This document shows, one piece after another, positions 32,678-42,921 of a stretch of DNA of 64,000 bases. Position 1 is the stretch's first letter. Each line of letters starts with the position of its first letter. The stretch comes from Candidatus Multivoradales bacterium (GTDB lineage Bacteria > Acidobacteriota > Thermoanaerobaculia > Multivoradales > JAHEKO01): the NCBI GenBank assembly GCA_965248055.1, contig CBDFIJ010000004.1, forward strand, positions 1,568,001 through 1,632,000, read 5' to 3'. Below the pieces are notes generated by a model. The model saw nothing but the letters and a program-made list of their open reading frames with translations. It made no database searches and had not been told where the DNA came from. A program made the position numbers and the translations under genes.

Positions 32678-33931
32678 CTACTCCGGCGGCGTAAATTCCT
32701 GATATCGAACGTTGGTAGACAACGCGCCCTCCTCATCCGCGGTCACCTCCGTCCACGCCAATCCCAACCGCTGATCCAGACCCACCAAGCGCGGAATCCC
32801 TGCCCTTCGCGACGCCGCGGTCTGCACCAAGCCAACCACGGACCCAACCCGACCATCCGGTTCGATCCTCACAACCCGGATCTCGCCCCCGCCAACCGGC
32901 CCGGCTTTCTCTTTCATCAGCGACTGCGTTTGGCTCAGCCAACCCACATATCCTCGACTACCCGAGATTGCCGCCGTCACTCTGCCAAGCGTGTCGCTGG
33001 TTAACCGCACCGGAGACTCGAAGGTCAGGCCCCCATCTATCGACCAAGCCGCGTAAATCGTCGGCTCAGGATGGCCGGAAAACCAAGCCAGTAACACCAA
33101 ATTACCTTCAGCTGCCAAAGCGGGTCCATTCACCGGACACCCGGCAATCTGCCAACCGCTGGTGTCGATCTCGGTTCTGGACCAACCGTCCGCTGTTTGT
33201 CGCAACAGGTGAATATCGCGAATCTCTTCCTCCGTGCGATCGCGAAACGCCACCAAGGCGCCGTTGGGCGTTGCAACCGCCGCGGTGGGGCAGCAGTCGC
33301 ACACGCGATCGTCGATAACTTCCGAGGGATGGATCACACCATCGACAATCATCGTGGTACGCAACTGCATCGCACCAACCCCATCCTCAGAATGACCAAC
33401 CGCCGCCCGGCCATCCAACCAAAACGACCGTGCCCCTTCACCCTCCGGAACCCAAGATACAAACCCATGCTCTCCGGCTACGGTCGCCGATTCGCCAACG
33501 CCCCACGCGTCGTCATTCAGCCAACCCAGCTCACTCCACGACTGGCCTTGATCCACAGACCACGCCACCTTTGCCCCGTAGTCGTAGGTCTCCGGCCCCG
33601 ACACCTCCAACCAATGCGCGATCCACGACCCATCCCCAGCTTCAGTCACAGCGGGAACATCCGTCCAATTGGCAAAAAAGTTGGAGCTTGAAGCAATCGT
33701 TGTCGGTGCCTGCTCTCGACGATTTGAACCTAATTCCAAGCGAATACGATCTCCACCAACCAAATATGACAGCCGACCCTCCGACACGTTCGGTGCCATT
33801 CCACTCGTGATCGAAACGGAAATCTGCTCAGCAGCTTGATATTTGGGATTCTCGGATGATTCGCGCGAATCTGCACTACATCCAAGGATCATTCCGCTCG
33901 CCAGTATCCACCACACAACTTGTTTCGACAT
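32678..33931 (-). CDS. BNR/Asp-box (sialidase-like propeller) lipoprotein
   Basis: Lipobox-like ILGC, Asp boxes SVDQGQSW and SIDGGLTF, motifs VCDCCPT and GCPVNGP. Confidence 0.75.
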   Translation of the reverse strand: MSKQVVWWILASGMILGCSADSRESSENPKYQAAEQISVSITSGMAPNVSEGRLSYLVGGDRIRLELGSNRREQAPTTIASSSNFFANWTDVPAVTEAGDGSWIAHWLEVSGPETYDYGAKVAWSVDQGQSWSELGWLNDDAWGVGESATVAGEHGFVSWVPEGEGARSFWLDGRAAVGHSEDGVGAMQLRTTMIVDGVIHPSEVIDDRVCDCCPTAAVATPNGALVAFRDRTEEEIRDIHLLRQTADGWSRTEIDTSGWQIAGCPVNGPALAAEGNLVLLAWFSGHPEPTIYAAWSIDGGLTFESPVRLTSDTLGRVTAAISGSRGYVGWLSQTQSLMKEKAGPVGGGEIRVVRIEPDGRVGSVVGLVQTAASRRAGIPRLVGLDQRLGLAWTEVTADEEGALSTNVRYQEFTPPE

Positions 33932-34936
33932 CAACCCACTCTACCTGTTCAGTATTGTCAGTTAGCCATTTTCCCTCTTTTGGTGCTGCTATCTGAGAGG
34001 TCGCCCGCAGCCTTGATGAGATTGAGAAAGATCAGCACTGGGCAACACGCATCAGCCACCTGTTGCGAAGAGGAAGCGACCTTGCCAGCATCGATAAACC
34101 GAGCAAGTGGAACCAAGCGCCTATTCAGGGTCTTCGTCGCCCTGAGCTATGGCAGGGTCCACTTAAATGTATCTTTTGATCGATGTCGATGAGCCAGATT
34201 CGGCCTCGGTGGTGCTCAACATGATACCCCTGTTGGGGTGACCTTCGATGGTGACACCGTAAACCGGTTCAGCACTTGCGATACAAGTGAAGATCTACCG
34301 GAGTCCAACCTTGACCAAATTCCTTCTCAAGCACGTCAAATAGCGCTATGGGGGACTTGTTCACTTCGTCCTCATTGTCAGTAGCATGCCATGCCAGGGA
34401 GATCGTGATTAGCCGCTCCCTGGGTTGTAAGTTATTGACTGGCATTTCTAGTTCGTCAGGGTCCAGTCGGAGTTGGCTAAGATCCGTTGAACATCACCAC
34501 TGGCTAGGTCTGAAAAGACCAGTTTCCCGTCAGCAAACCGAGCTCCACCTTTGATCACTGGCTGTTTCTTTCGCACGCGTAATACCGCAGTGCTTACCCA
34601 CTGCGATCTGCAGGTAACATGTTGCAATCATGGCCCGGACGTTTGACGGAGCTGCTTGTTTCCCTTGGCTTGTTGAGCCTGTAATGAACAGCAAGACGGC
34701 AAGGTCAAGGTTGAGAAAATAGACTGGCTGCTTGCCGCTATGAGAGATCGGTTTGGGTGGTGAGAGGTGCGGAATATTCGATGTTGACCTTGGTGAGGCG
34801 TTGGGAGTGGGCGGTGCAAAGGTAGCCGGTGACTTATTGCGACTGAACTGACTCCCCCGACGATAGTGGCAGGGGGACCTTGGGTTGGAACGACAGGAGG
34901 AGAGCTCGATTCATGAAATCCGTGACGCTCCCGAAG

Positions 34937-35129
34937 GCTAAGGAGATTGAACTCCGCGAGGATCACGTCGTAGGGAACATGGAATTTTCCGTTTTCCTTG
35001 CGTTCGATGAATTCCCAGAGTTTGGGGCTCAGATTTCTTAGCGATGGTTCACGCCTTGATGAAGCTTCCGCCCATTTCGCTCATAGCAGCATCCACATCT
35101 CCATGAATCCAAATCGTTGTTGTCTTCAT
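34937..35129 (-). pseudogene. Decayed HVO_A0114-like HTH antitoxin/regulator
   Basis: MKTTTIWIHGDVDAAMSEMGGSFIKA* (stop at 35051-35049), then LRNLSPKLWE-FIERKENGKFHVPYDVILAEFNL. The HTH core appears deleted. Family recognised from memory of the TPKRWE...VPYD pattern. Confidence 0.6.
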
Positions 35130-35402
35130 TTCGAACTCCGATGGGCAACATCAGCATGAATATCATGCATCAGAGTATCCACATCCTTGAAGGTATCAGG
35201 TTCTTCGCTGCCGTCCAGATGACGGTGGTCGCCCTTCAATCGTTTAATATCGTATCCGCAAGACGCTCACCAGGGCGCCCGTAGAACATCCGATATTAAA
35301 AAAAATGGCGACTACCCTCGACCAATAATGGAACTCGCCACAGAATCACTTCCACAAACATCCCGTCATCGAAGTCAAACCGAAGCAGAGTTTCCGATGT
35401 TC
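35126..35402 (-). pseudogene. Decayed DUF6516/TumE-like toxin gene
   Basis: DDGMFVEVILWRVPLLVEGSRHFF*YRMFYGRPGERLA, frameshift, GYDIKRLKGDHRHLDGSEEPDTFKDVDTLMHDIHADV. In-frame TAA at 35298-35296. ATGA overlap with the next gene. Confidence 0.7.
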
Positions 35403-35417
35403 GTTAGGTCTTTGTTT

Positions 35418-35501
35418 TCTTGGCCAACTTACGGCTAAGTTACGGCTACCTTCGTTCCATCTCGGCTTGCTTTTCGGCCAGTTTTCGGCTAGTTTTCGCC
35501 T
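35418..35501 (+). repeat. About 8 degenerate direct repeats with 11-bp period upstream of fic
   Basis: CGG-like cores at 35421, 35432, 35443, 35453, 35463, 35475, 35486, 35497 (for example TTACGGCTAAG TTACGGCTACC and TTTTCGGCCAG TTTTCGGCTAG). Confidence 0.65.
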
Positions 35502-36539
35502 GTGACTTGGAGACCCAAGTACCTGATCACTGAACGGTTGCTGCGATCGATTCGTGAAATCGGCGAGGCTATCGGGGAGATCCGAAGTTCGCGTCTTAGT
35601 GACGTAGTTCTGGCCAAACAGGAGTGGGAGGCCAGGGAACTTTCGACCCATGCCTCCACCAGCATCGAAGGCAATCCCTTGGGTCTGACGGAGGTCAAGC
35701 GTCTGCTCAAGAGCGGAAAAGAGCAAGTCCGGGACACCGAACGCGAGGTCGTGAACTACAACGCTGCCCTGCAAGCACTCTACTCAGATGTCAGGGAGAA
35801 CAGGTTCAAACTGAACGTCGCCACCCTGGAGAAGGTGCAGAGTGAGGTGGTTGCGGGGTTGATGGATAACCCAGCCGAGTGTGGCCGCCTACGGCGTTCA
35901 CCGGTGGTGATCCGGAACCCACGCAAACTTGACGAGATCATATACATACCGCCGGACAGTAAGGATGTGCAGCCGCTGACAGCGCAACTGACCGAGTTCG
36001 TGGAGCATCGCATTGATGAGCTGGAGCCCGTCGTTCTGGCTGGGTTGTTCCATCGGCAGTGCGTCATCATCCATCCATTCATGGACGGCAACGGTCGCAC
36101 AACCCGCTTGCTGACAACCGCGATTCTCGGCAAAGCTCGACTGGATCTGTTTGAGGCCTTCAGTTTTGAGAACTACTATAACCAGAGTGTCGCACGCTAC
36201 TTCAAGGCCGTTGGCCTTGAAGGCGATTATTACGAACTGCGGGAAAATATCGATTTCACCGCTTGGTTGGAATATTTCGCGGAGGGTATATTGGACGAAT
36301 TGTTGCGCGTGCGAAACGCTCTGGAGAGCACAGTTCGAAACCCACCGCGACTAGAACCACATCATCGGCTGATCCTGGAGTTTATTGGTGAACACGGAAG
36401 TATCACTCAGCGCGAGTATGGGGCGATATCTCCTCGTAGCCTCGCTTCTCGCAAGTTGGACTTTAAAAAGCTGCGAAGCTTGGAGTTGATAGAGGGTAAG
36501 AGTAGGGGGCGTGGAACCTACTACGTGCTGATGGAGTAG
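35502..36539 (+). CDS. Fic family protein with a C-terminal winged HTH
   Basis: STSIEGN (inhibitory-helix motif), HPFMDGNGRTTR, C-terminal GSITQREY...GRGTYY. Confidence 0.93.
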   Translation: MTWRPKYLITERLLRSIREIGEAIGEIRSSRLSDVVLAKQEWEARELSTHASTSIEGNPLGLTEVKRLLKSGKEQVRDTEREVVNYNAALQALYSDVRENRFKLNVATLEKVQSEVVAGLMDNPAECGRLRRSPVVIRNPRKLDEIIYIPPDSKDVQPLTAQLTEFVEHRIDELEPVVLAGLFHRQCVIIHPFMDGNGRTTRLLTTAILGKARLDLFEAFSFENYYNQSVARYFKAVGLEGDYYELRENIDFTAWLEYFAEGILDELLRVRNALESTVRNPPRLEPHHRLILEFIGEHGSITQREYGAISPRSLASRKLDFKKLRSLELIEGKSRGRGTYYVLME

Positions 36540-36615
36540 CCTTATTCAACATGCCCCACTTGACCAACTCATCAAGCTGATGCCCGCTACCCAACGTGGA
36601 GCTATACTGGAGACT

Positions 36616-37953
36616 GTGAAGCAGCGTTTCGTGAAACAGAGGATGATAGTTGTGATCGGCGTCATGCTGGCCTTGACGGGGCTGTGGGCGCAGGATGATG
36701 TCGAACCCCAGATCGTCTCCCATCTCCAACTCAAATCGATCATCCACCCAATTGCCGCGCAGTACATCGAAGACGCGCTTCAACAAGCGGATGAATCGGG
36801 CGCCACTGCAGTGGTGATCGAATTGGACACGCCGGGCGGCTTGATGACCTCGACTCGAGATATCACCGAGGCGATGTTGGTAGCGAAAACACCGGTGGTG
36901 ATTTATGTTTCTCCTTCGGGAGCACAGGCAGCTTCGGCGGGGTTCTTCCTACTGATGGCGGCGGATGTTGCGGTCATGGCCCCGGGGACCAACACTGGGG
37001 CGGCCCACCCGGTATCGGGTTCTGGGGAGGAGATCGAGGGGCATATGGCGGCCAAGGTCGAGGAGGACGCTGCGGCGAACATTCGTGCCTTGGCTTCCAG
37101 GTTGGGGCGCAATATCGAGGCGGCAGAAGCAGCGGTGATTGAGAGCAAGTCCTACACCGCAGACGAGGCCTTGGAACTGGGTCTGATCGACTTCGTTTCG
37201 CCTTCGGTCACCGACCTAGTGGCAAAGCTCGATGGTCGAACGGTGAGCAAATCAGATGGTGCCGAGCTAACGTTGGCGACCCAAGGCACCTCGATTGAAC
37301 CGCTGCCGATGACCAAGCTGCAGAGGTTCCTGGCTGCTTTGGCACATCCCAATATCGCGTTTCTTCTTTTGTCATTGGGTGGCATGGGATTATTGTTTGA
37401 GATTACTCATCCCGGATCGATCTTTCCCGGCGTAGTCGGTGCAATTTTCCTACTCCTTGCTTTCTTCGGTCTCTCGGTACTGCCTGTCAACTACGTAGGG
37501 ATTGGCCTACTGGGACTGGCAGTGCTGTTTTTCATAGCCGAGATCAAGGTGGTCAGCTATGGGCTACTTACGGTCGCTGGAATCATCTCAATGGTCTTAG
37601 GATCGAGCATGTTGTTTAAAAGTACTGACCCGGCCCTGCAAGTAAGTTGGGGCCTGATTGGCACCACCGCGGCTCTGGCAGCTTTGGCGGTGGTAGCGGC
37701 TGTGACCCTGGTGATCCGCAGTCATCGGCGCCAAGTTGCCACCGGCAACGAAGGAATGATCGGCAGAATTGCTGAGGTTCGTACCGCGCTCAACCCACGC
37801 GGCAAAGTGTTTGTCCACGGGGAACTGTGGGACGCAGAGTCAAGTCAACTGGTGGATCGGGGTCAAGAGGTGCGGGTGGTGGCGGTCAATGGCATGCGCC
37901 TCGAAGTCGAATCCCTAATATCTGATCATCCAAACTACGAAGAAGAGGAGTAA
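36616..37953 (+). CDS. nfeD: NfeD (long form, ClpP-like membrane serine protease)
   Basis: [30 protein letters not shown]. Start uncertain (36616-36643). Confidence 0.92.
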   Translation: MKQRFVKQRMIVVIGVMLALTGLWAQDDVEPQIVSHLQLKSIIHPIAAQYIEDALQQADESGATAVVIELDTPGGLMTSTRDITEAMLVAKTPVVIYVSPSGAQAASAGFFLLMAADVAVMAPGTNTGAAHPVSGSGEEIEGHMAAKVEEDAAANIRALASRLGRNIEAAEAAVIESKSYTADEALELGLIDFVSPSVTDLVAKLDGRTVSKSDGAELTLATQGTSIEPLPMTKLQRFLAALAHPNIAFLLLSLGGMGLLFEITHPGSIFPGVVGAIFLLLAFFGLSVLPVNYVGIGLLGLAVLFFIAEIKVVSYGLLTVAGIISMVLGSSMLFKSTDPALQVSWGLIGTTAALAALAVVAAVTLVIRSHRRQVATGNEGMIGRIAEVRTALNPRGKVFVHGELWDAESSQLVDRGQEVRVVAVNGMRLEVESLISDHPNYEEEE

Positions 37954-37955
37954 TC

Positions 37956-38702
37956 ATGCCTGCAGGTCTTTCTGGAATCCTTGTTGTACTCGCAATCGGA
38001 GCTTTCTTTCTCAGTCGTTGGATTCGTATCCTGAACGAATATGAACGGGCGGTAGTTTTTCGCCTTGGTCGTTTGGTAGACACCCGTGGCCCCGGCTTGG
38101 TATTCGTTCTGTTCCCCTTGGAGCGCATGGTGAAGGTTTCACTGCGGACCTTGGTGCACGATGTTCCAACCCAAGACGTCATCACCCGCGACAACGTCTC
38201 GGTCAAGGTCAATGCGGTGGTCTACTTCCGCGTCGTCGACCCTGCCAAGAGCGTTGTTGAAATCGAAAACTACATGCAAGCCACCAGTCAGATCGCCCAG
38301 ACCACGCTGCGCTCGGTCTTGGGTCAGGTGGAGATGGATGAGTTGTTATCCGAGCGAGAGAAGCTCAACGAAGAGCTCCAGTCGATCATTGACAAGCACA
38401 CCGATCCGTGGGGCATCAAGGTCTCCGTGGTTGAGGTCAAGCACGTTGACCTGCCGCAAGAGATGCAACGAGCGATGGCCCGTCAGGCAGAAGCCGAGCG
38501 TGAGAAGCGCGCCAAGATCATCCATGCCGATGGTGAGCTGCAGGCGTCCAAGAGTTTGGCTGAGGCTGCCGAAGCCTTCAGCGCTAACCCGACCACCTTG
38601 CAGTTGCGCTACCTGCAAACATTGACCGAGATCTCGGCGGAGAACAACTCAACGATTGTCTTCCCGTTGCCGATCGACCTTCTGAAAGCGTTCGTTAAGT
38701 AG
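37956..38702 (+). CDS. Slipin (SPFH/stomatin) family protein
   Basis: [34 protein letters not shown]; paired with nfeD. Confidence 0.95.
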   Translation: MPAGLSGILVVLAIGAFFLSRWIRILNEYERAVVFRLGRLVDTRGPGLVFVLFPLERMVKVSLRTLVHDVPTQDVITRDNVSVKVNAVVYFRVVDPAKSVVEIENYMQATSQIAQTTLRSVLGQVEMDELLSEREKLNEELQSIIDKHTDPWGIKVSVVEVKHVDLPQEMQRAMARQAEAEREKRAKIIHADGELQASKSLAEAAEAFSANPTTLQLRYLQTLTEISAENNSTIVFPLPIDLLKAFVK

Positions 38703-38764
38703 AGGACACCAGAGTAATCAGCGCTGAGGTCGGCGCTGTCGCAGCATTCGCTCCGAAGATCGAA

Positions 38765-39454
38765 CTACTCGGGAAGCGGATGTTTCTCGCGATCCAGGTC
38801 CAGGTCGATGCGGATCAGGGTGCCGATCAAGGCAATGTGACTTGGAAGATTGTCACCAGAGTCAAATGATATTTCGGCTCGATCGTCCCAACGCTCACCC
38901 CGGCGCCCCTGCTTGCCTTCCAAGAAGTAGTGGATCGCACCGCTCTCGGGATCGGATTGCGGGGTGGCTTCAATCGGATAGACACCGCCCGCCAACAACT
39001 GGAAGCGTCGTTTTTTTTGCGGTTGCTCTTCGCGCAGGGTCAAGATCGCCGCGATCATGTCCACCACGCCGTGCTCACTGATCTCCTTGGATTTGGTCTT
39101 GGTACGACCCCGCCAGCGATAGGACGACCAAGTCTCAATCAGGGTCAAAGATCCGGCGTCCACTTGCGAACCGGCGAGCCAGTAGACATCACCGTCTGTC
39201 GCCACATGAAGTTGGGATCGGACTCGACCGTTTCGCGCCCGCTCGGTAACCAAAGTAGCGGTTCCCGATCCGGGGAACAAGAACTTCAACAGGCCATGAG
39301 TCTTCCATCGAAAGTGCAAGACTTCCGCGTCTTCGGCGAGCTGTGGAAGGCTGGCTACTGCTTCCGCACTAGTCCCAGCTCCCTCGAGTGTGAGGAAACA
39401 AGCGATAACAAGGATGGCAAGGGTTAGCTTAGAGCTTCTAGTTCGTCTACCCAT
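38765..39454 (-). CDS. Secreted hypothetical protein (possibly DUF3108-like)
   Basis: Signal-peptide-like N-terminus and beta-rich body; overlaps the M3 peptidase stop. Confidence 0.6.
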   Translation of the reverse strand: MGRRTRSSKLTLAILVIACFLTLEGAGTSAEAVASLPQLAEDAEVLHFRWKTHGLLKFLFPGSGTATLVTERARNGRVRSQLHVATDGDVYWLAGSQVDAGSLTLIETWSSYRWRGRTKTKSKEISEHGVVDMIAAILTLREEQPQKKRRFQLLAGGVYPIEATPQSDPESGAIHYFLEGKQGRRGERWDDRAEISFDSGDNLPSHIALIGTLIRIDLDLDREKHPLPE

Positions 39455-41205
39455 TCTTTAATTAGAGCGAAGCCACCGCGCCAGAAATCTGCATCTCCAG
39501 GATCGATGTCCACTTCTCCCAAAATCTCACTGGGCGAAGCGGACCCACCGTAAGCCAACATCTTCAGATACCCCGGTTTAAACGCTTCTCCCTGCTCTCG
39601 GTAGCGCTGGTACAAAGCCAGCACCAGCAACTGCCCGAAGCTATAGGCATAGCAATAAAAAGGCCAATGAAACAGGTGGGGAATGGAGACCCACTCGTGA
39701 CGGTATGCTTCGGGCACCTCCACCGCGTCACCAAACTGCTGCTCGAGCAGGCCGCTGTAGATGCCGTGAAGATCCTCTGTCGAACTTCCTTCGACAATCG
39801 CTTTGTGCGCCTCGCGCTCAAAGAGGACGAAGTAAGCCTGGCGCAAGACAGTGGCATAGGCATCGTCCACCGCCGCAGCCAGTAACTCGCGACGCTCGGT
39901 TGGCGTCGAGACCTCCGAAAGAAGTCGTTCAGTGAGCAATACCTCTGAGAACACCGACGCGGTCTCCGCCAAAGGCAAAACAGGGTGCTGAGTCAGTACC
40001 GAGCAGTCTTTCGCCAGCACCGAATGAACCGCGTGGCCCAGTTCATGAGCCAAGGTGGCAACGTCACGCAGTTTTCCGGTGTAGTTGATCAACACCCACG
40101 GCGCAAGGTCAGGGGTAACGGTAAGACAAAAAGCACCACCACGCTTGCCTTTGCGGATCTCCGAATCAATATGGTGCTCGTCAAAGATCCGGCGAGCTGC
40201 GGTGGAGATCTCAGGGGAAAAGTCGTGGAAGGTATCCAGGACTAGATCCACAGCATCCCCGTACTCGACGGTCTTTTCCGACGCTTCAATCGGAGCATAA
40301 AGATCTTGGCGCGGCAACTTGCCTGGATATCCCAACCACTTGGCCTTGAGCTGGAAGTAGCGCTGGAATACATGCCGTTGTTCAACACAAACGTCCAATA
40401 ACACGTCCACCGCCCCACAGGGCAAGTCGTTATCTACATTGCGAACCGCGATCGGCGAAGAATAACCGCGCAAGTCGAGTTGTTCCGCGGCCCAATCATG
40501 CGCCCGGTGGACATAGATCTGTCCCAAGATCGGCGCCTCTCGGGCAAACACCTGCAACAGCTCTTCATAGGCACCATGGCGCAGTGAGGCGTCCGAGGAG
40601 TGCACATAACTCATCAAGCCATCGCGAGTCAGGGCCAAGGACTCTCCGGCCACCTCGAGATTGAATTCGAGACGATTGGTCAGCATCGAGTAGAGGGTCA
40701 TCAGCCCGCCAACCCCGTGCGCGTCTTTGACGTTGATCAGTTGCTCTGATCTCTCTTCCAAGACATAGGGGCGAACCCGCCGTAGATCTTGCAGAAAATG
40801 ACGGTGGTCACCTTCGACTTGGGATAACAACCGTTCAGCATTGTCGTCGTCCAGCTGCTTCCACCAAAGAGAAAAAAACAGGATGCGGTTTTGAAACTCG
40901 GTAAGTGCGTGCTCGACGCGATTCTTGAGACTGAGGGTCTCGTCCGATTGGGTGTCGGCGGAAAACACCAACGAAGCGTAGGCACCCGGCAGCTGCAGGT
41001 CGTAAATCAGCCGCTCATAGGAGAGCAGCACTCGCGAGAAGTCTTGATTCGAGATTTCGTCGGTCAGGATGTCGCGGAATTGTGCAAACTGATCGACTTG
41101 GCGACGCAATTCTGCCAAGCCCGCAGAGGATTTCCCCGCGGACGCTGACAACTCGTCAAGGCGCCACGTTTCTTGCCGATGAATAGAGGTCTCTAGTTCG
41201 ATCAC
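39424..41205 (-). CDS. pepF: M3 family oligoendopeptidase F
   Basis: GKRGGAFC, LAHELGHAVH, AETASVFSE, FYCYAYSFG. Confidence 0.93.
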   Translation of the reverse strand: MIELETSIHRQETWRLDELSASAGKSSAGLAELRRQVDQFAQFRDILTDEISNQDFSRVLLSYERLIYDLQLPGAYASLVFSADTQSDETLSLKNRVEHALTEFQNRILFFSLWWKQLDDDNAERLLSQVEGDHRHFLQDLRRVRPYVLEERSEQLINVKDAHGVGGLMTLYSMLTNRLEFNLEVAGESLALTRDGLMSYVHSSDASLRHGAYEELLQVFAREAPILGQIYVHRAHDWAAEQLDLRGYSSPIAVRNVDNDLPCGAVDVLLDVCVEQRHVFQRYFQLKAKWLGYPGKLPRQDLYAPIEASEKTVEYGDAVDLVLDTFHDFSPEISTAARRIFDEHHIDSEIRKGKRGGAFCLTVTPDLAPWVLINYTGKLRDVATLAHELGHAVHSVLAKDCSVLTQHPVLPLAETASVFSEVLLTERLLSEVSTPTERRELLAAAVDDAYATVLRQAYFVLFEREAHKAIVEGSSTEDLHGIYSGLLEQQFGDAVEVPEAYRHEWVSIPHLFHWPFYCYAYSFGQLLVLALYQRYREQGEAFKPGYLKMLAYGGSASPSEILGEVDIDPGDADFWRGGFALIKEWVDELEALS

Positions 41206-41654
41206 TCAGTACTCGCTGACGCGGTACCACCGGTGAGAGCGGCTTCGAGAGTGTGCCATGCGAGTGTGGCGCACTTGACGCGCACCGGAAACTCGCGGAC
41301 TCCAGAAAAAACGGCAAGTTTGCCAAGGGATTTTCCAGCCTGGCCGACGACCGATGGGTCTCCGGTCAAGAGTTGATGAAACTCTTCAAACAGTCCCTTC
41401 GCTTCCTTTCGGCTGAGCCCTTTGATCGCCTCTGTCATCAACGACGCTGATGCGGTCGAGATGGCGCAGCCCGAACCCTCGAAACGCACATCATCCACAG
41501 TGTCCCCGTGCATTTCAAGGTACAGCTTAAGTTGGTCACCGCAGAGTGGGTTGTGACCATTGGCACAATGGGTCGGGGATTGTAGTGAGCCGTAGTTCTT
41601 CGGGTTCTTGTTGTGGTCAAGAATTACTTCTTGGTACAGATCTCTGAGTTCCAT
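41202..41654 (-). CDS. sufU: SUF system NifU-family protein SufU
   Basis: LYQEVILDH, NPLCGD, GCAISTAS, RVKCATLAW. Confidence 0.95.
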   Translation of the reverse strand: MELRDLYQEVILDHNKNPKNYGSLQSPTHCANGHNPLCGDQLKLYLEMHGDTVDDVRFEGSGCAISTASASLMTEAIKGLSRKEAKGLFEEFHQLLTGDPSVVGQAGKSLGKLAVFSGVREFPVRVKCATLAWHTLEAALTGGTASASTE

Positions 41655-41671
41655 CAACATAGTGATTCCGG

Positions 41672-42919
41672 TTAGGCAAACAACTGCGACGCCTGTTGAA
41701 CGCCGTCGACCAGACAATCTACATCTTTTTCGCAATTGTACAACCCAAAGGAAGCGCGCACGGTCGCTGGAACGGAAAAGTGATCCATCACCGGTTGCGC
41801 ACAATGATGTCCAGCGCGTACCGCAATTCCCTGCCGGTCAAGAATCGTCCCGAGGTCGTGAGCATGGACTCCGTCGACGACAAAAGAAACCACCGCAACC
41901 CGTTGCTTCGGCTCACCTATCAGCCTGAGTCCGGAGATCTCTTGCACTCGCTCTAGTGCGTAGGCAAGCAGATCGTCTTCATAGGCTGCCAAGGCCTGTC
42001 GATCGAACCCAGTTAGGTAGTCGATCGCGGCGCCCAAGCCGACCGCGCCAGCAATATTGGGCGTTCCGGCCTCGAAACGATGCGGTGAAGGTGCGTACTC
42101 GGTGTGTTCAAAGGTGACGCTACGAATCATTTCGCCACCGCCCTGAAAAGGTTCCATGGAGGACATTAATGGGCCCTTGCCATAGAGAACGCCGATGCCC
42201 GTCGGGCCGTAGAGCTTGTGGCCCGAGAAGGCGTAGAAATCACAGCCAATCGCGGCAACGTCGAGCGGAAGATGCGGCGCGGCTTGCGCTCCATCGATCA
42301 GTGTCGGCACTTCCCGCGCCTGGGCAATCGCAACCATTTCCTCTACCGGGTTGACGGTACCCAGGGCGTTTGAGACATGGGCAAAGGCACAAAACTTGGT
42401 TTGCTGGGAAAACGCCTCGGCAAACCGATCCACATCAACGTCGCCCCGATCGTTGATTGGCACGACGCGTAACTTCGCTCCGGTCTGTTTGCAAACCATT
42501 TGCCACGGAACGATGTTCGAGTGGTGCTCTAGTCCGGTCAACAAGATCTCATTGTCGGTAGTAAGCCGAGGTCGAACGAAAGCCTGGGCCACTAAGTTGA
42601 CCGCCTCGGTGGTACCGCGGACAAACACCACTTCTCGAGACTCTTGCGCTCCCAGAAACTTTCGCGCAGTCTCCCGTGCCCCTTCATAGGCGGCGGTCGC
42701 TTCCTGAGAAAGGGTATGCACCCCACGATGCACGTTGGCGTAACTGGTGCGGTAGAACTCCGCCTCGGCATCGATGACTTGGTGTGGCTTCTGGGCGCTC
42801 GCCGCGCTGTCCAGATAGACCAGCCGTTTCCCGTGCACTTTCCGTTGCAGGATCGGAAAGTCGGCACGCGCCCGTTCGGCTGGGAACGGGCCGCGATCAG
42901 CCGAGGTCATCGTCGCCAT
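41672..42919 (-). CDS. sufS: Cysteine desulfurase SufS
   Basis: YLDSAASAQKP, FSGHKLYGP, RAGHHCAQP. Confidence 0.97.
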   Translation of the reverse strand: MATMTSADRGPFPAERARADFPILQRKVHGKRLVYLDSAASAQKPHQVIDAEAEFYRTSYANVHRGVHTLSQEATAAYEGARETARKFLGAQESREVVFVRGTTEAVNLVAQAFVRPRLTTDNEILLTGLEHHSNIVPWQMVCKQTGAKLRVVPINDRGDVDVDRFAEAFSQQTKFCAFAHVSNALGTVNPVEEMVAIAQAREVPTLIDGAQAAPHLPLDVAAIGCDFYAFSGHKLYGPTGIGVLYGKGPLMSSMEPFQGGGEMIRSVTFEHTEYAPSPHRFEAGTPNIAGAVGLGAAIDYLTGFDRQALAAYEDDLLAYALERVQEISGLRLIGEPKQRVAVVSFVVDGVHAHDLGTILDRQGIAVRAGHHCAQPVMDHFSVPATVRASFGLYNCEKDVDCLVDGVQQASQLFA

Positions 42920-42921
42920 GG

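Noticed and set aside
34224-34241. ATACCCCTGTTGGGGTG as a second CsoR site
   Set aside because: Imperfect, with different spacing, and no clear promoter or gene start next to it.
35418-35501. CRISPR array
   Set aside because: Units are 11 bp with no spacers, and there are no cas genes.
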